64,000 nucleotides of DNA from NCBI GenBank assembly GCA_963822965.1, contig CAWGJT010000010.1, forward strand, positions 1,143,790 through 1,207,789, read 5' to 3'. This DNA is from an uncultured delta proteobacterium. GTDB taxonomy: Bacteria; Myxococcota_A; UBA9160; UBA4427. Below the pieces are notes generated by a model. The model had not been told where the DNA came from and made no database searches. It saw nothing but the letters and a program-made list of their open reading frames with translations. Each line of letters opens with the position of its first letter. Within the stretch, counting starts at the first letter, position 1. Made by a program: the position numbers and the translations under genes. Below are positions 35,807 through 46,578 of the stretch, one piece after another.

Positions 35807-36676
35807 ATGCGCAAGCTCGGTGTTCGTGCGCTGAACGCGCTGCTGTTCGCGCTCTGCTGCTTCGAGGTGGCCCAGATCGTCACCCGGGTCACCACCGAGG
35901 GCCTGCAGGGCGAGGCGCCGGCCGGCGCCGGCGAGGCAGCCGCAGCCGAGAGCCCGGCGCCCGTGGGCTTCGACGCGCGCCTGCCCATCGTGGAGCGCAA
36001 CCTCTTCGGATCGCGCCTGGGGGGCGGCGAGCTGCTCGAGATCCAGGACGACCTCGAGCCCATGGAGGAGACGAAGCTTCCCCTCACCCTGCTGGCCACG
36101 ATCGCCGGCGAGTCGAAGGTGGCGCGCGCGGCGATCTACGACGGCAGCTCGCGCGAGAGCCTGGTGGTGGTGCCCGGCGACCAGCTCGGCGCCCACCCGG
36201 ACGTGCGGGTGAGCCGCATCGAGCGCGGGCGCGTGCTGCTGCGCAACCAGGGCCGCAACGAGGTGCTGCTGCTGGCCGAGGACACGTCGCAGGTGCCTGG
36301 CGCCCCGGCCGTGGCAGCCCCCGGCCCGCGGAACGTGTCCCGGCGCCCGTCCCGGGTGAGACCGCCGGCGCGGGCCGCTCGCTCCCGCGTAGTGCGCCCT
36401 GCACCCCGCGCAACGCCGCGAGCCGTGCCGGCGCCGCAGCCGCCGGTGCAGGCCGAGGAAGACGCCGGACCCGAGGCGGACGAGTTCGCCCGGATGGAGG
36501 AGCTGCGGGACGCGGTGTCGAGCGGCGAGATGTCGATCGAAGACGTGGCCGCCGAGCTGCAGGACCTGCGCGAGCAGCACATGAACGAGCTCGACGACGG
36601 CCCCCTGCCCGACGAGCCCGACTTCGATCCCGGGGCCGATCCCGGGCTCGACCCCGAGCTCGACGAGCCCTACTGA
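35807..36676 (+). CDS. Type II secretion GspC-like protein (HR domain, no PDZ)
   Basis: N-terminal TM; IVERNLF...ETKLPLTLLATIAG...AAIYD...GDQL...VSRIERGRVLLRNQGRNE; Pro/Arg linker and acidic tail. Confidence 0.75.
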   Translation: MRKLGVRALNALLFALCCFEVAQIVTRVTTEGLQGEAPAGAGEAAAAESPAPVGFDARLPIVERNLFGSRLGGGELLEIQDDLEPMEETKLPLTLLATIAGESKVARAAIYDGSSRESLVVVPGDQLGAHPDVRVSRIERGRVLLRNQGRNEVLLLAEDTSQVPGAPAVAAPGPRNVSRRPSRVRPPARAARSRVVRPAPRATPRAVPAPQPPVQAEEDAGPEADEFARMEELRDAVSSGEMSIEDVAAELQDLREQHMNELDDGPLPDEPDFDPGADPGLDPELDEPY

Positions 36677-36771
36677 GCGGTCAGCGCCCCGCTGGCGCGC
36701 TGACTTGCAGCCCGAGGACAACGCTGAGCGTTGTCCTCTTGGGAGCCCGTCGCCGTCGCGGCGGGCCTCGC

Positions 36772-38037
36772 TCACGAGCCGGCTGCGATCTCCCGGGACA
36801 CGGCCTCCACCCGCTCCATCACGCGCAGCAGGTTCTCGCCCAGCACCTTGCGAACGGTGGCCTCGTCGTGTCCGCGGGCCAGCAGCCCCTCGGTCAGGTG
36901 CGGCAGCGCGGAGACGTCCTCCATGCCCCGCGGCATGCTGGGCACGCCGTCCCAGTCCGCGCCGATGCCCACGTGGTCGGGCCCGGCCACCTGCAGGGCG
37001 TGGTCGAAGTGGTCGAGCAGCACGTCGAGGGAGGTCTGCGGCACGGGGTGCGCGGCGAAGTGGGCGCGCATGGCCGCGTAGCGGGCGACGGGGTCGTCGC
37101 CCGCCTGCTCGCGGATGGCTTCGAGCTCGTCCTTCCACTTCTCGAAGTACGCCTTCGTCAGGGCGTTGGCCTTCTCGTCGATGTAGGCGGGGTAGAAGTT
37201 GATGAGGACGACACCGCCGCCGGCGGCCAGGGCGCGCAGCATGTCGTCGCTCATGTTGCGCGGATGGTCGGCGATGGCCCGACACGCCGAGTGGGACGCG
37301 ATCACCGGCGCCCGGCTCACGCGCATGACGTCGAAGAAGGTCTCGTCCGAGACGTGGGAGACGTCCACCATCATGCCCAGCCGGTTCATCTCGCGCACCA
37401 CGTCTTCGCCGAAGGCGGTGAGCCCATGGTGCTCGGGCTCGAGCGGCTCCGACGACATGCCCGACGAATCGGCCCAGCGGGTGTGGAACGAGTGGGTGAG
37501 GGTCATGTAGCGGACCCCCAGGCGGTAGTAGTCGCGCAGGATCGCCAGGTCGTTGTCGATCATGTGGCCGCCCTCGACGCCCATCAAGCTCGCGAAGCGA
37601 CCCTCGGCGACCAGGCGCCGGATGTCGGCGGCCGTGGTGGCCAGGCCCATCTCCTGCGGATGGCGCGCCACCAGCCGGTACACGGCGTCGATGCGCTCGA
37701 GGGCGACGCGCACGGCCTCGCCCGGGACCGAGGATTCGCCGGTGTAGATCGACCAGAACTCGGCGTCGAGGCCGCCCTCGCGGATGCGGGGCAGGTCCAT
37801 GTGGCTGTCCGTGGCCGGGTGGCGGGCGCCGAAGTCCCAGTCGTCGCCCTGGAAGCGCGCTGCGGTGTCCGAGTGGGTATCGACCACGATGGCGTCCCGG
37901 TGCAGGCGCGCGGCCCGCTCGGCGAGGCTGGGCCCGGTGCCGGGCCCGGGCCCGGGGAAGGACGAGCAGGCCACCAGACCCCCGACCGCGACGAGAGCCG
38001 TCACGACGGGACGCCGGACGACCGATTGAAAGGACAT
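36772..38037 (-). CDS. Membrane dipeptidase (peptidase M19), lipoprotein
   Basis: VDTHSD, GVEGGH, YMTLTH, MMVDVSH, IASHS and IGADWDG motifs; LVAC lipobox. Confidence 0.92.
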   Translation of the reverse strand: MSFQSVVRRPVVTALVAVGGLVACSSFPGPGPGTGPSLAERAARLHRDAIVVDTHSDTAARFQGDDWDFGARHPATDSHMDLPRIREGGLDAEFWSIYTGESSVPGEAVRVALERIDAVYRLVARHPQEMGLATTAADIRRLVAEGRFASLMGVEGGHMIDNDLAILRDYYRLGVRYMTLTHSFHTRWADSSGMSSEPLEPEHHGLTAFGEDVVREMNRLGMMVDVSHVSDETFFDVMRVSRAPVIASHSACRAIADHPRNMSDDMLRALAAGGGVVLINFYPAYIDEKANALTKAYFEKWKDELEAIREQAGDDPVARYAAMRAHFAAHPVPQTSLDVLLDHFDHALQVAGPDHVGIGADWDGVPSMPRGMEDVSALPHLTEGLLARGHDEATVRKVLGENLLRVMERVEAVSREIAAGS

Positions 38038-38151
38038 GCTTCACCTCGAGGCGCGAGCCGGGTCGAGACCCGAAGACGGAGCCCGCAGCAGGGCCGGCGA
38101 GACCGCCGGCTGCGAGGCCCGCAGTATAGGACCGCCGGGCGGACGCGAGCG

Positions 38152-39120
38152 TTATCCTCGCCGCATGAGGAGCGAGATCCATTCGTCGCCGTTGGCATCG
38201 ACGGCGGTGCGGGCCGCCACCGGCACGAAGCCTTCGCGGCCGAGCGCCGTCTCCACCTCGACCCGCTCCCCGGCCAGCAGCCCGGAGAAGACGGCGTGTC
38301 CGCCCGCGCGCAGTGCGGCCGCCATCGGCCCGGCAATGGGCAGCATCTCGCGCTTCAGCAGGTTGGCCACCAGCCAGTCGAAGCCCGAGGCACCCAGGGC
38401 GTCGAGGGGCCCGACGAAGACGGCGAGCCGCGCCGACAGGGCGTTCACCCGGGCCCAGTGCCTGGCCGCATGGCCCGACTCGGGATCGAGATCGAGCCCC
38501 ACGGCCGTGCCCGCCCCGAGCGCCAGCGCCGCCAGGGCCAGCACGCCGGTTCCCGTTCCCACGTCGAGCACGCGGTCGCCGGGCGCGAGCCCGACCGCGG
38601 AGCCCACACCGCCCCGGGCGATCTCCTCCAGCCAGTCGAGGGCGAGTCGGGTGGAGACGTGGCCGCCCGTGCCGAAGGCCTGCCCCGGGTCGATCACCAG
38701 CTCCACCTGCCCGGCCTCGAGCGGCGCCTCGATCCAGCTGGGACGCACCACCAGCCGCTCGCCCACGCGGATGGCCTCGAGCCCCTCGCGCCACGCCTGG
38801 GACCAGTCCGTCGACTGCACGGGCGCCGCGTCCCCGATGCTCGGGCGACGGGTCGCGGGAACGTCCGCCGCATGGGCCAGCAACGCGTCGCGCACGCCGT
38901 CCACCCCGGCCGCGGGCGCGTAGACGAGGAGCCGCGTGCGACCCGAAGCCTCTTCGCGCTCCTCGATTCCCAAGGCCCCGGCCGCCCACGCCTCGGCGCC
39001 CGCCAGCTCGGCGGCCTGCGCGTCGGGACAGTCGACCTCCAGGCAGAACGAGCCGCCCGTGCGAGCGGGGCGCCCTTCGCGGCCGTCCTCGTCGTCCTGG
39101 TCGTCTTGGCCCGGCGGCAT
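38152..39120 (-). CDS. prmA: Ribosomal protein L11 methyltransferase
   Basis: DWSQAWRE...IDPGQAFGTGGH.ST, VLDVGTGTGVLA, VANL and FSGLL motifs. Confidence 0.92.
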   Translation of the reverse strand: MPPGQDDQDDEDGREGRPARTGGSFCLEVDCPDAQAAELAGAEAWAAGALGIEEREEASGRTRLLVYAPAAGVDGVRDALLAHAADVPATRRPSIGDAAPVQSTDWSQAWREGLEAIRVGERLVVRPSWIEAPLEAGQVELVIDPGQAFGTGGHVSTRLALDWLEEIARGGVGSAVGLAPGDRVLDVGTGTGVLALAALALGAGTAVGLDLDPESGHAARHWARVNALSARLAVFVGPLDALGASGFDWLVANLLKREMLPIAGPMAAALRAGGHAVFSGLLAGERVEVETALGREGFVPVAARTAVDANGDEWISLLMRRG

Positions 39121-40231
39121 CTGGCGGCTCGTCTCCTGCCTCGTGGTGACCCTGGTGCTGGTGCCCGGCTGCTACTACACGCACCTGGCCTCGGGACAGC
39201 TGCGGCTGCTGATGGCGCGCGACTCGATCCAGCGGATCGAGAGCGACCCGACCACGCCGGCCCGGCTGCGCGCACAGCTCGCGCTGGTGGAACGCGCCCG
39301 CGACTTCGCCGCCCGGCTCGGCCTCCGGGTGGGCGGACGATACACGAGCTACGTGGACTGGCCCGGCGATCGCATCGTCACCACCGTCGTCGCCACGCGT
39401 CCGGGCGAGGTGGAGGCTGCGGGCTTCACGTTCCCCATCGTCGGCACGGTGCCCTACAAGGGATTCTTCGACGAGTCCGCGGCCGAGAGCGAGGCGGCGA
39501 GCCTGCGCGCGGACGGCCTCGACGTGTGCCTCGTCCCGGTCACCGCCTACTCCACCCTCGGCTGGATGGACGATCCGGTCACCGCGCCCATGCTGCAGCG
39601 CTCCGACTCGCGGCTCGTCGAGACGGTGCTGCACGAGCTGGTGCACGGGACCGTGTTCGTCGAGAGCCAGCCCGCCTTCAACGAAGGCGCGGCGCGCTTC
39701 GTGGGCCAGGAGGCCGCGATCCGTTTCTTTGCAGACGATCCGGACGCCGAGCGCGAGGTCGTCTCGCGGGTGGCCGACGATCGACACATTGCCGAGGCGC
39801 TGCTGGCGTTCCGCGAGCAGGTGGCCGCGCTCTACGCCACCGAGCCAGAGGGCGACGGGCGACAGGCCGCGCGCGCGGGGCTCGAGCGCGACTTCCGCAC
39901 GCGGCTGGCCGCCACGCCGCTGACCACCACCGACGCCGCCCGCGTCGCGCAGCGCGTGCGCCTGAACGACGCCTGCCTGGCCATCGGCGGAACCTACGCG
40001 GCGGACACCGAGCACCACGAAGAGCGGCTCGCGCGTCTGCACGGCGACCTGCCGGCCTTCATCCGGCAGCTGCGGCAGGCCGCCGCGACGAGCGACCCGC
40101 GCGCCGCCTTCTTCGACGATTCCGGCTTCGATGACGCCGCCTTCGACGATCCCGAGGCCGCCGTGGGCGACGCCTCGCCCCGGCGCGCGCGGGGGGCGGC
40201 CGAGGCCACCGGCGACGAGCCGGGGGTGTGA
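39059..40231 (+). CDS. Predicted Zn-dependent aminopeptidase lipoprotein (start uncertain)
   Basis: VPGC lipobox; FPIVGTVPYKGFF, AYSTLGWMDDP and HELVH...FNE motifs. Confidence 0.85.
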   Translation: MRAGRPSRPSSSSWSSWPGGIWRLVSCLVVTLVLVPGCYYTHLASGQLRLLMARDSIQRIESDPTTPARLRAQLALVERARDFAARLGLRVGGRYTSYVDWPGDRIVTTVVATRPGEVEAAGFTFPIVGTVPYKGFFDESAAESEAASLRADGLDVCLVPVTAYSTLGWMDDPVTAPMLQRSDSRLVETVLHELVHGTVFVESQPAFNEGAARFVGQEAAIRFFADDPDAEREVVSRVADDRHIAEALLAFREQVAALYATEPEGDGRQAARAGLERDFRTRLAATPLTTTDAARVAQRVRLNDACLAIGGTYAADTEHHEERLARLHGDLPAFIRQLRQAAATSDPRAAFFDDSGFDDAAFDDPEAAVGDASPRRARGAAEATGDEPGV

Positions 40232-41193
40232 GCCGACGCGCCGCTCGCCTCGGGCTCTCGATCGCCGTCGTGCTCGTGGCCCTGGCCGGGGGCGAGGGGC
40301 TGCTGCGGGCGCTCGACCTGCCCCGCTTCGACGCCTGCCAGGCCACCGCCGACTACGCGGTCGCCGACGACGAGCTCGGCTTCAAGGGCGAGGCCCACGG
40401 CACCGTCGCCGGCGTGACGCTGAACTCGCTGGGGCTGCGCGGCGACGAGCCCGCCGCGGCGCCCGCCGGTGCACCGCGCATCCTGTTCGTGGGCGACTCC
40501 ACCTGCTTCGGGCTCGGCGTCTCCGAGGCCGAAACCTTCGGCGTGGCCGCGGCCCGGCGTCTCTCGAGCAGCGGCGCGAAGGGCGACGTGCAGGCGTGGC
40601 TCGGCGCGTTTCCGGGCTACAGCTCGTACCAGTCGACCATCCTGCTCGAACGCCTGCTGCCCTTCGAGCCCGATCTCGTCGTGCTCTACGTGGGCGCACG
40701 CAACGATGGCGACCGCCACCGCTACTTCCCGGACGACGCGATTCCCGCGCGACGCGCCCGGCTCCACGCGGGCTGGCATCGGGTGCGCCTCCTGCGCGCC
40801 TTCGAGGCGGCCGCCGACCGCGTCTACAAGAGCGTCCTCCGCAAGCTCCGCGCGCGGGAGAGCCGGGCGCGGGTGCCGCTGCCGGCCTTCCGGCACAACC
40901 TCGAGCACATGGCGCTGCTGGCGCGCGAGGCGGGCGTGCCGCTGCTCGTCGTGCTGCCGCCCATCTCGCCGCGCTTCGCCGACGACGAGCCCCAGGTACA
41001 GGCCTACCGCGACGCGCTCCGGACGTTCGCCGCTTCGTTCGACCTGCCGACGGTGTCCGTCGACGCACGCTTCGCCGCCGAGGCCGAGGGCGACGTCTTC
41101 TTCGCCGACCACTACCACCTGACGGCGCGCGGCCACGCGATCATCGCCGAAGAGATCGCGAAGGTCGTCGCACGCGAAGGGCTGCTTCGCTGA
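40228..41193 (+). CDS. SGNH/GDSL hydrolase family protein
   Basis: VGDSTCFG, PGYSSYQ, GARND and DHYHL blocks. Confidence 0.85.
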   Translation: MSRRAARLGLSIAVVLVALAGGEGLLRALDLPRFDACQATADYAVADDELGFKGEAHGTVAGVTLNSLGLRGDEPAAAPAGAPRILFVGDSTCFGLGVSEAETFGVAAARRLSSSGAKGDVQAWLGAFPGYSSYQSTILLERLLPFEPDLVVLYVGARNDGDRHRYFPDDAIPARRARLHAGWHRVRLLRAFEAAADRVYKSVLRKLRARESRARVPLPAFRHNLEHMALLAREAGVPLLVVLPPISPRFADDEPQVQAYRDALRTFAASFDLPTVSVDARFAAEAEGDVFFADHYHLTARGHAIIAEEIAKVVAREGLLR

Positions 41194-41492
41194 CGGCGAA
41201 CGGCTCGCTCCACGACTCCCCACGACCTCCACGACGATCCACCCGACGGCGCGTGGGTGCGCAGCGCGTGCCGCACGCCTGCACGCGAGCTGCCGGTGAA
41301 CGAGGTCCAGCCCAGGGCGCCCTCCCGCCTGCGGCGATGTCCCCTCATGGCCCACGCGGGCTGGGCCGAAACGACGAGCGAGGATCGGGTGCACGTTGCG
41401 TCCGGCGCGTCGCCGGCGAACCGCCCGCAGGATGGGGACTCCTCTTGACCTTGACCCGAGTGGACCACGACATGCCGGGCGGCAAAGTCCCG

Positions 41493-42461
41493 ATGGCGGA
41501 GCTCACGGCGAGCCAGGCCGCCGAACACGCCCGGGATCTGGTGACGAACATCGAGCGCGCCCTGCGCGGCAAGCCCGAAGTGGTGCTGCGGGCGGCCATC
41601 TGCCTGGTGGCCCGCGGGCATCTCCTGCTCGAGGACGTGCCGGGCGTGGGCAAGACGACCCTGGCCAAGGCCATGGCCCGCTCGGTGGAGTCGGAGTTCC
41701 GCCGCGTGCAGTTCACGAGCGACCTGCTCCCCAGCGACCTCACCGGCCTCTCGATCCCCGAGATGGAGAACGGTCACGCCACGAGCCGCTTCGTCTTCCA
41801 GCCGGGCCCCCTGTTCGCCAACGTGCTGCTGGCCGACGAGGTGAACCGCGCCAGCCCGAAGAGCCAGTCCGCGCTGCTCGAAGCGATGAGCGAGCGGACG
41901 GTGTCGGTGGACGGCGTCACCCACCGCCTGCCTGATCCCTTCTTCGTGATCGCCACCCAGAACCCCCTCGAGCATCACGGCACCCACCCGCTGCCCGAGT
42001 CCCAGCTCGATCGCTTCATGATGAAGCTCTCGATCGGGTACCCGGCGGCCGAGCACGAAGCGGAGGTGCTGCGCGAAGACCCGGCCTCCAACGCGCTGCC
42101 CGAGCTCGCGCCCGTCGTCAGCCTGCCGCAGCTACGCGGCCTGCAGCACGTGGCCAGCGAGGTGAAGTTCGACGACTCGCTGGTGGCCTACCTGCTGACC
42201 CTCGTGCAGCAGACGCGAGACCACGAGAGCCTCGAGCTCGGCGTCTCGCCCCGCGGTGCGCTGGCCCTGCGCCGGGCCGCCCAGGCCCGCGCGCTGCTGG
42301 ACGGGCGCGACTACTGCATTCCCGAGGACGTCCGGGAGCTGGCGCTCGACGTGCTCTCCCATCGCGTGAGCGCCGATTTCCGCACGGGCGCCCAACGCGG
42401 GTCGCAGGAGACCCGGTGGATCCTGTCGGAGATCCTCGACCGGGTCCCCGTCCCGCTGTAG
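41493..42461 (+). CDS. MoxR family AAA+ ATPase
   Basis: LLEDVPGVGKT, RVQFTSDLLPSD, DEVNRA, ATQNP and LPESQLDRF motifs. Confidence 0.93.
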   Translation: MAELTASQAAEHARDLVTNIERALRGKPEVVLRAAICLVARGHLLLEDVPGVGKTTLAKAMARSVESEFRRVQFTSDLLPSDLTGLSIPEMENGHATSRFVFQPGPLFANVLLADEVNRASPKSQSALLEAMSERTVSVDGVTHRLPDPFFVIATQNPLEHHGTHPLPESQLDRFMMKLSIGYPAAEHEAEVLREDPASNALPELAPVVSLPQLRGLQHVASEVKFDDSLVAYLLTLVQQTRDHESLELGVSPRGALALRRAAQARALLDGRDYCIPEDVRELALDVLSHRVSADFRTGAQRGSQETRWILSEILDRVPVPL

Positions 42462-42467
42462 CCCGCC

Positions 42468-43586
42468 GTGGAGACGTTCGCGTCCCGGCTCCGTCTGCTG
42501 TCGGCCCACGTCCGCCGGCTCCTGCGGCCGCCCCGCATCCTGCGGCCGACCCGGGCGGGCTGGATCTTCCTCGGGATCATCCTCGGCGTGGGCTTCGCGG
42601 CGCTCAACACGGGCAACAACCTGCTCTACCTGGTGCTGGCCCTGATGCTCTCGTTCCTGGTGCTGTCCGGCGTGCTCTCGGAATCGGCGCTGCGCGGCGT
42701 GCGCGTCCGGCGGCGTCTTCCCCGCGAGCTCTTCGCCGGCTACGACAACTCGATCCAGCTCGAGGTCAGCAACGACCAGCGACGCGTCTCGGCCTTCGCC
42801 CTGGTCGTGGAGGACCGGGTGCGCCCCGCCGCCGACGGCGCGTCCTCGACCCGGGACCGCGGGCCGGACCCGCCGGAACGCGTCACGCGCAAGAAGCGCC
42901 GCAAGCGGCCCCGGAGCGAGCCGGCCGGCCGCTGCTTCGTGCTGCGGGTGGGCGCCGGCGAGTCGGAGACGCGGCGCTACGTGCTGACCCCGCTGCGGCG
43001 CGGCCCGCTGGTGTTCTCGGGCTTCCGGGTCTCGACGCGCTTCCCGTTCGGGCTGTTCCTGAAGTACCGCGAGTTCGACGCCGTGGAGGAGGCCCTCGTC
43101 TATCCCGAGGTGGTGGCGCTGCGCAGCCAGCCCGAGCTGAGCGAGATCGAGTCCCGGGGCGACACGGCGCTCACCCGGGTGGGCCAGGGGGGCGTCGTAT
43201 CGGGCCTGCGCGAATTCACCGAGGGCGACTCCATGCGTCGTGTCCACTGGCGCAGCTCGTTGCGCCGCGGGTCGTTGCTGGTGAGCGAGACCGAGGACGA
43301 CCGGGACGCCGAGGTGGAGGTGCGGCTCCGCAGCACCCGCCGGCGTCCGGGCGAGGCGCTCGCACCGCCCGGCCCCGCGCTGCCGCGCAGCGAGCGCTTC
43401 GAGCAGGCCGTCTCGCGCGCGGCCTCGGAGGTGGTGGGACACCTGCAGGACGGCCTGGCGGTGGCCCTGCGCACGGACGGCGACTACGTCTCGCCCGCCG
43501 CCGGCCCCCGCCAGCGCGCCCGGCTGCTCTCCTTCCTCGCCCGCGTCGCCCCGGACGGACGCACCCACGACGAGATCCGCGCATGA
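42468..43586 (+). CDS. DUF58 domain protein
   Basis: AALNTGNNLLYL, TRFPFGLF, LVYP and LREFTEGDSMRRVHWRSS motifs; follows moxR. Confidence 0.9.
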   Translation: METFASRLRLLSAHVRRLLRPPRILRPTRAGWIFLGIILGVGFAALNTGNNLLYLVLALMLSFLVLSGVLSESALRGVRVRRRLPRELFAGYDNSIQLEVSNDQRRVSAFALVVEDRVRPAADGASSTRDRGPDPPERVTRKKRRKRPRSEPAGRCFVLRVGAGESETRRYVLTPLRRGPLVFSGFRVSTRFPFGLFLKYREFDAVEEALVYPEVVALRSQPELSEIESRGDTALTRVGQGGVVSGLREFTEGDSMRRVHWRSSLRRGSLLVSETEDDRDAEVEVRLRSTRRRPGEALAPPGPALPRSERFEQAVSRAASEVVGHLQDGLAVALRTDGDYVSPAAGPRQRARLLSFLARVAPDGRTHDEIRA

Positions 43587-43631
43587 GCCGGGGACAGCCA
43601 TGAGCCGGAGACAGCCATGAGCCGGGGACAG
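43582..43631 (+). repeat. Three tandem 17-bp units CATGAGCCGG(G/A)GACAGC across the DUF58 stop and transglutaminase start
   Basis: Units at 43582, 43599 and 43616, read directly from the sequence. Confidence 0.9.
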
Positions 43632-45788
43632 TTCCGGGCCAGCGTCCACGAGCGCCCCGCCTCCGCCTGGCTGCTCGTCACCGTCGCGAGCGCCATGCTG
43701 TGGATCACCGAGCAGCTCCAGCCCTGGGTGATCGCCGTCCAGGTGGTGGCCATCACGCTCTCCCTGGCCCGGCGCCGGAATCCCTTTCCCTGGCAGGCCA
43801 GCCCCATCTGGCTCAACGTGGGCATGTTCGGCATCGCCGGCACGACCATCGCGCTGGCCCTGGACGGCAAGCCGGCGACGGTCTCCCTCGCCCACTTCGC
43901 CTCTCTCGCCCAGGCGCTGCAGCTCCTGGACTCGCGGCCGCGCAAGTCCGAGTTCCTGCTCGTCACCCTCTCCTTGTTCCAGGTGATTCTCGCCTCGAAC
44001 CTGACCGACAGCCTGCTCTTCCCCCCGCTCCTCATCGTCTTCGTCTTCTCCGCCGTGTGGACCCTGATGGTCCACACCCTGCGCAGCGAGGCGATCGAAG
44101 CCGGCGACGAGAGCGCCGCCAATCGCGCCCTGCTCTCCCCCGGGCTGCGCCGCATGACGGTCTTCGCCTCGACGGCGGCGATCGTTCTGGCGCTGGTGCT
44201 CTTCGCCCTGCTGCCCCGCATGCGCACCAGCATGCTGCAGACGGGCGTCGGCCGGGGCGAGGCGATGGCGGGCTTCTCCGATCGCGTCGAGCTCGGCAGC
44301 ATCGGGCGCATCCGCAGCGATCGCACGGTGGTGCTGCGAGTGGAGACGCTCGAGGGAACGCCGCCGCCGGTCCAGAGCGCCTACTGGCGCGGTCTCGCCT
44401 TCGACTCGTTCGACGGCCGGCGCTGGGCGATCACGCCCAGCGGGCGCTCGCTGCGGCCGGGTAGCGTGAAGTTCGGCATCCCCATCGGCCGGGGTCCCTC
44501 CCACCCCGACCTGGTGCAACGCATCGTGCGCGAGCCCGTGGCGGGCGGGGTGCTCTTCGCCGCCGGCACCCCCCGGAACGTGGGAGGCGCCCTGCTGCGG
44601 CTCGAGAGCGACGTGAACGGCGGGCTCTACGACCCGCTGCAGCACGACCAGCGCATCCGCTACACGATCGAGACCGAGTCCAACGGTCGTCACGGCGACC
44701 GGCTCCTGGGCGACCGCGCCAGCCTGCCCCAGGGCGACCCGATCCGCTACCTGCAGCTTCCCGAGCTGGCGGACGACGTGCACGAGCTGGCGCTTCGCAT
44801 CACCGACGGGCTCGCCACCGACGCCGAACGGGCCGCGGCCATCGAGTCGTACCTGCGGCGCACCGGGCACTACACGGACACGCCTCCCACCATCGATCCC
44901 GCGCAGCCCCGCACGCCCATCGAGCAGTTCCTGCTGGGCGACCTGGCGGGACATTGCGAGTACTTCGCCAGCGCGATGGTGGTGCTGGCGCGCTCGGTCG
45001 GGCTGCCCAGCCGCCTGGTGAATGGATTCGCGGGGGGCCGCCTGAACCCGCTGGGCGGCTTCGTCGAGCTGGCCCGGGCCGACGCTCACGCCTGGGTCGA
45101 GGTGCACTACGCCGGCGCGGGCTGGGTGCGCTACGACCCGACGCCGCCCGACCTGCGCCTGTCGGGCGTGGAGTCGCTCTCGTTCTCCGAGCAGGTCGCC
45201 GCCCTGCGCAGCACCATCGAGCTGTGGTGGTTCCAGCGCGTCGTCGACTTCGACAGCTCCGACCAGATCAGCGCGATGAAGAGCGCCTTCTCGGCCTGGC
45301 GCCGGCTGCGCGCGCCCGCCGACGAGAGCGAGCACACCCGGCGCACCTTCGCGGACCTGCGCTTCGACGACCCCGGGCTCGTGGCGGCCATCGGTCTGGC
45401 GGTGCTCGTGGTGACGATCGGCGCCTGGCTGCTGCAACGCACGCGAAGACGGCGGCAGGGCCGCGCACTGCCCCGAAGCTACGAGCGCGCCCTCGCCCTG
45501 CTCGCGCGCCAGGGCCTGGTGCGTGCGCCGCAGGACACCGCCCGGGGATTCGCCTTCCAGGTGAAAGGCGTCACGCCGCCGGAAGCGGCCGGCGCCTTCG
45601 ACGCCATCACCGAGGCCTATCTCGCGGAGCGCTTCGGCGTACACGCGCCGGCCGGCGATCTCTCCGACCAGCTGGAGCGGCTGCGGGCGGCGCTGGCCGC
45701 GGCGCGGCGAACGCACGGCGCCGGCGGTCGCCAGGCCGCCGCGCCCGCCCTCACAGGACCCCCAGGCTCTTGTGGGTCTGGGGGATGA
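43617..45788 (+). CDS. DUF3488/transglutaminase (TgpA-like) membrane protein
   Basis: Multi-TM N-terminus; [35 protein letters not shown] tail. Confidence 0.9.
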   Translation: MSRGQFRASVHERPASAWLLVTVASAMLWITEQLQPWVIAVQVVAITLSLARRRNPFPWQASPIWLNVGMFGIAGTTIALALDGKPATVSLAHFASLAQALQLLDSRPRKSEFLLVTLSLFQVILASNLTDSLLFPPLLIVFVFSAVWTLMVHTLRSEAIEAGDESAANRALLSPGLRRMTVFASTAAIVLALVLFALLPRMRTSMLQTGVGRGEAMAGFSDRVELGSIGRIRSDRTVVLRVETLEGTPPPVQSAYWRGLAFDSFDGRRWAITPSGRSLRPGSVKFGIPIGRGPSHPDLVQRIVREPVAGGVLFAAGTPRNVGGALLRLESDVNGGLYDPLQHDQRIRYTIETESNGRHGDRLLGDRASLPQGDPIRYLQLPELADDVHELALRITDGLATDAERAAAIESYLRRTGHYTDTPPTIDPAQPRTPIEQFLLGDLAGHCEYFASAMVVLARSVGLPSRLVNGFAGGRLNPLGGFVELARADAHAWVEVHYAGAGWVRYDPTPPDLRLSGVESLSFSEQVAALRSTIELWWFQRVVDFDSSDQISAMKSAFSAWRRLRAPADESEHTRRTFADLRFDDPGLVAAIGLAVLVVTIGAWLLQRTRRRRQGRALPRSYERALALLARQGLVRAPQDTARGFAFQVKGVTPPEAAGAFDAITEAYLAERFGVHAPAGDLSDQLERLRAALAAARRTHGAGGRQAAAPALTGPPGSCGSGG

Positions 45789-46566
45789 CGCGCACGTCGG
45801 GCAGCCGCTCGCGGCAGCGCTTCAGCAGCGCCAGCAAGCGTGCCGCGGACGGCGCCTCGCGCACCGTCGCGAAGGGCGTCACCGGCTGCAGCACCAGCGG
45901 CGTCGCAGGCGCCCGGGCGGCGATGCGCTCGCACACCTCCGCCAGCTCTTCGTCGCGCGAGGCCGGCGTCACCACCACCTTCACGTAGACCGACGCGCCC
46001 GGCCGCAGCCCGGCGAGCGCGCAGGCGAGGAACGCCTCGTGCTCGTCGTGGAAATCCGCCACCGGCCCGCGGCGGGGATCGCTCGCCCGGCGCACGTCGC
46101 TCGCGAGCTTCCAGTCCATGGAGACGACGTCGATCTCCGAGACCACCTGCGCGAGTGCGTCCCGCGCCAGCCCGTGGGTCTCCAGCAGGAAGCGATACGG
46201 CGCGTCCGAACGCCGCCGCAGCGCGGCGACCAGGGACGCCACGGCGTCCGCCTGCAGCAAGGGCTCTCCGCCGGTCAGCGACACGAGCGTGCCCGCCGAC
46301 ACGCCCTTGCCGGACCCGGCGTGCAGGCGCTCGACGGCCTGCACGGCCGCCTCCAGGGCGACCGGGTTCGCCCACGTCTCGAACTCGCCGGTGCCCGGCT
46401 CGACCTCGATGCGACAGCGCTCGGCGGGCAGCCACGTGCCCGGCGAATCGCACCATGCACAGCGCAGGTCGCAGCCGCCGAAGCGGACGAACACGCTGGG
46501 GAGCCCGACCTGGGTTCCCTCCCCCTGCACGGACCAGAAGACCTCGACGAGGTTGGGGTCGGGCAT
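45751..46566 (-). CDS. queE: 7-carboxy-7-deazaguanine synthase
   Basis: [40 protein letters not shown] and RVIPQTHK motifs. Confidence 0.9.
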   Translation of the reverse strand: MPDPNLVEVFWSVQGEGTQVGLPSVFVRFGGCDLRCAWCDSPGTWLPAERCRIEVEPGTGEFETWANPVALEAAVQAVERLHAGSGKGVSAGTLVSLTGGEPLLQADAVASLVAALRRRSDAPYRFLLETHGLARDALAQVVSEIDVVSMDWKLASDVRRASDPRRGPVADFHDEHEAFLACALAGLRPGASVYVKVVVTPASRDEELAEVCERIAARAPATPLVLQPVTPFATVREAPSAARLLALLKRCRERLPDVRVIPQTHKSLGVL

Positions 46567-46578
46567 GGCGCCACCCGC

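Noticed and set aside
34964..40134. Very long ORFs (1692 aa, 1131 aa) and similar ones at 45617-49863 and 59791-62940
   Set aside because: Shadow frames of real genes in high-GC DNA; Arg/Gly/Ala-rich with no motifs.
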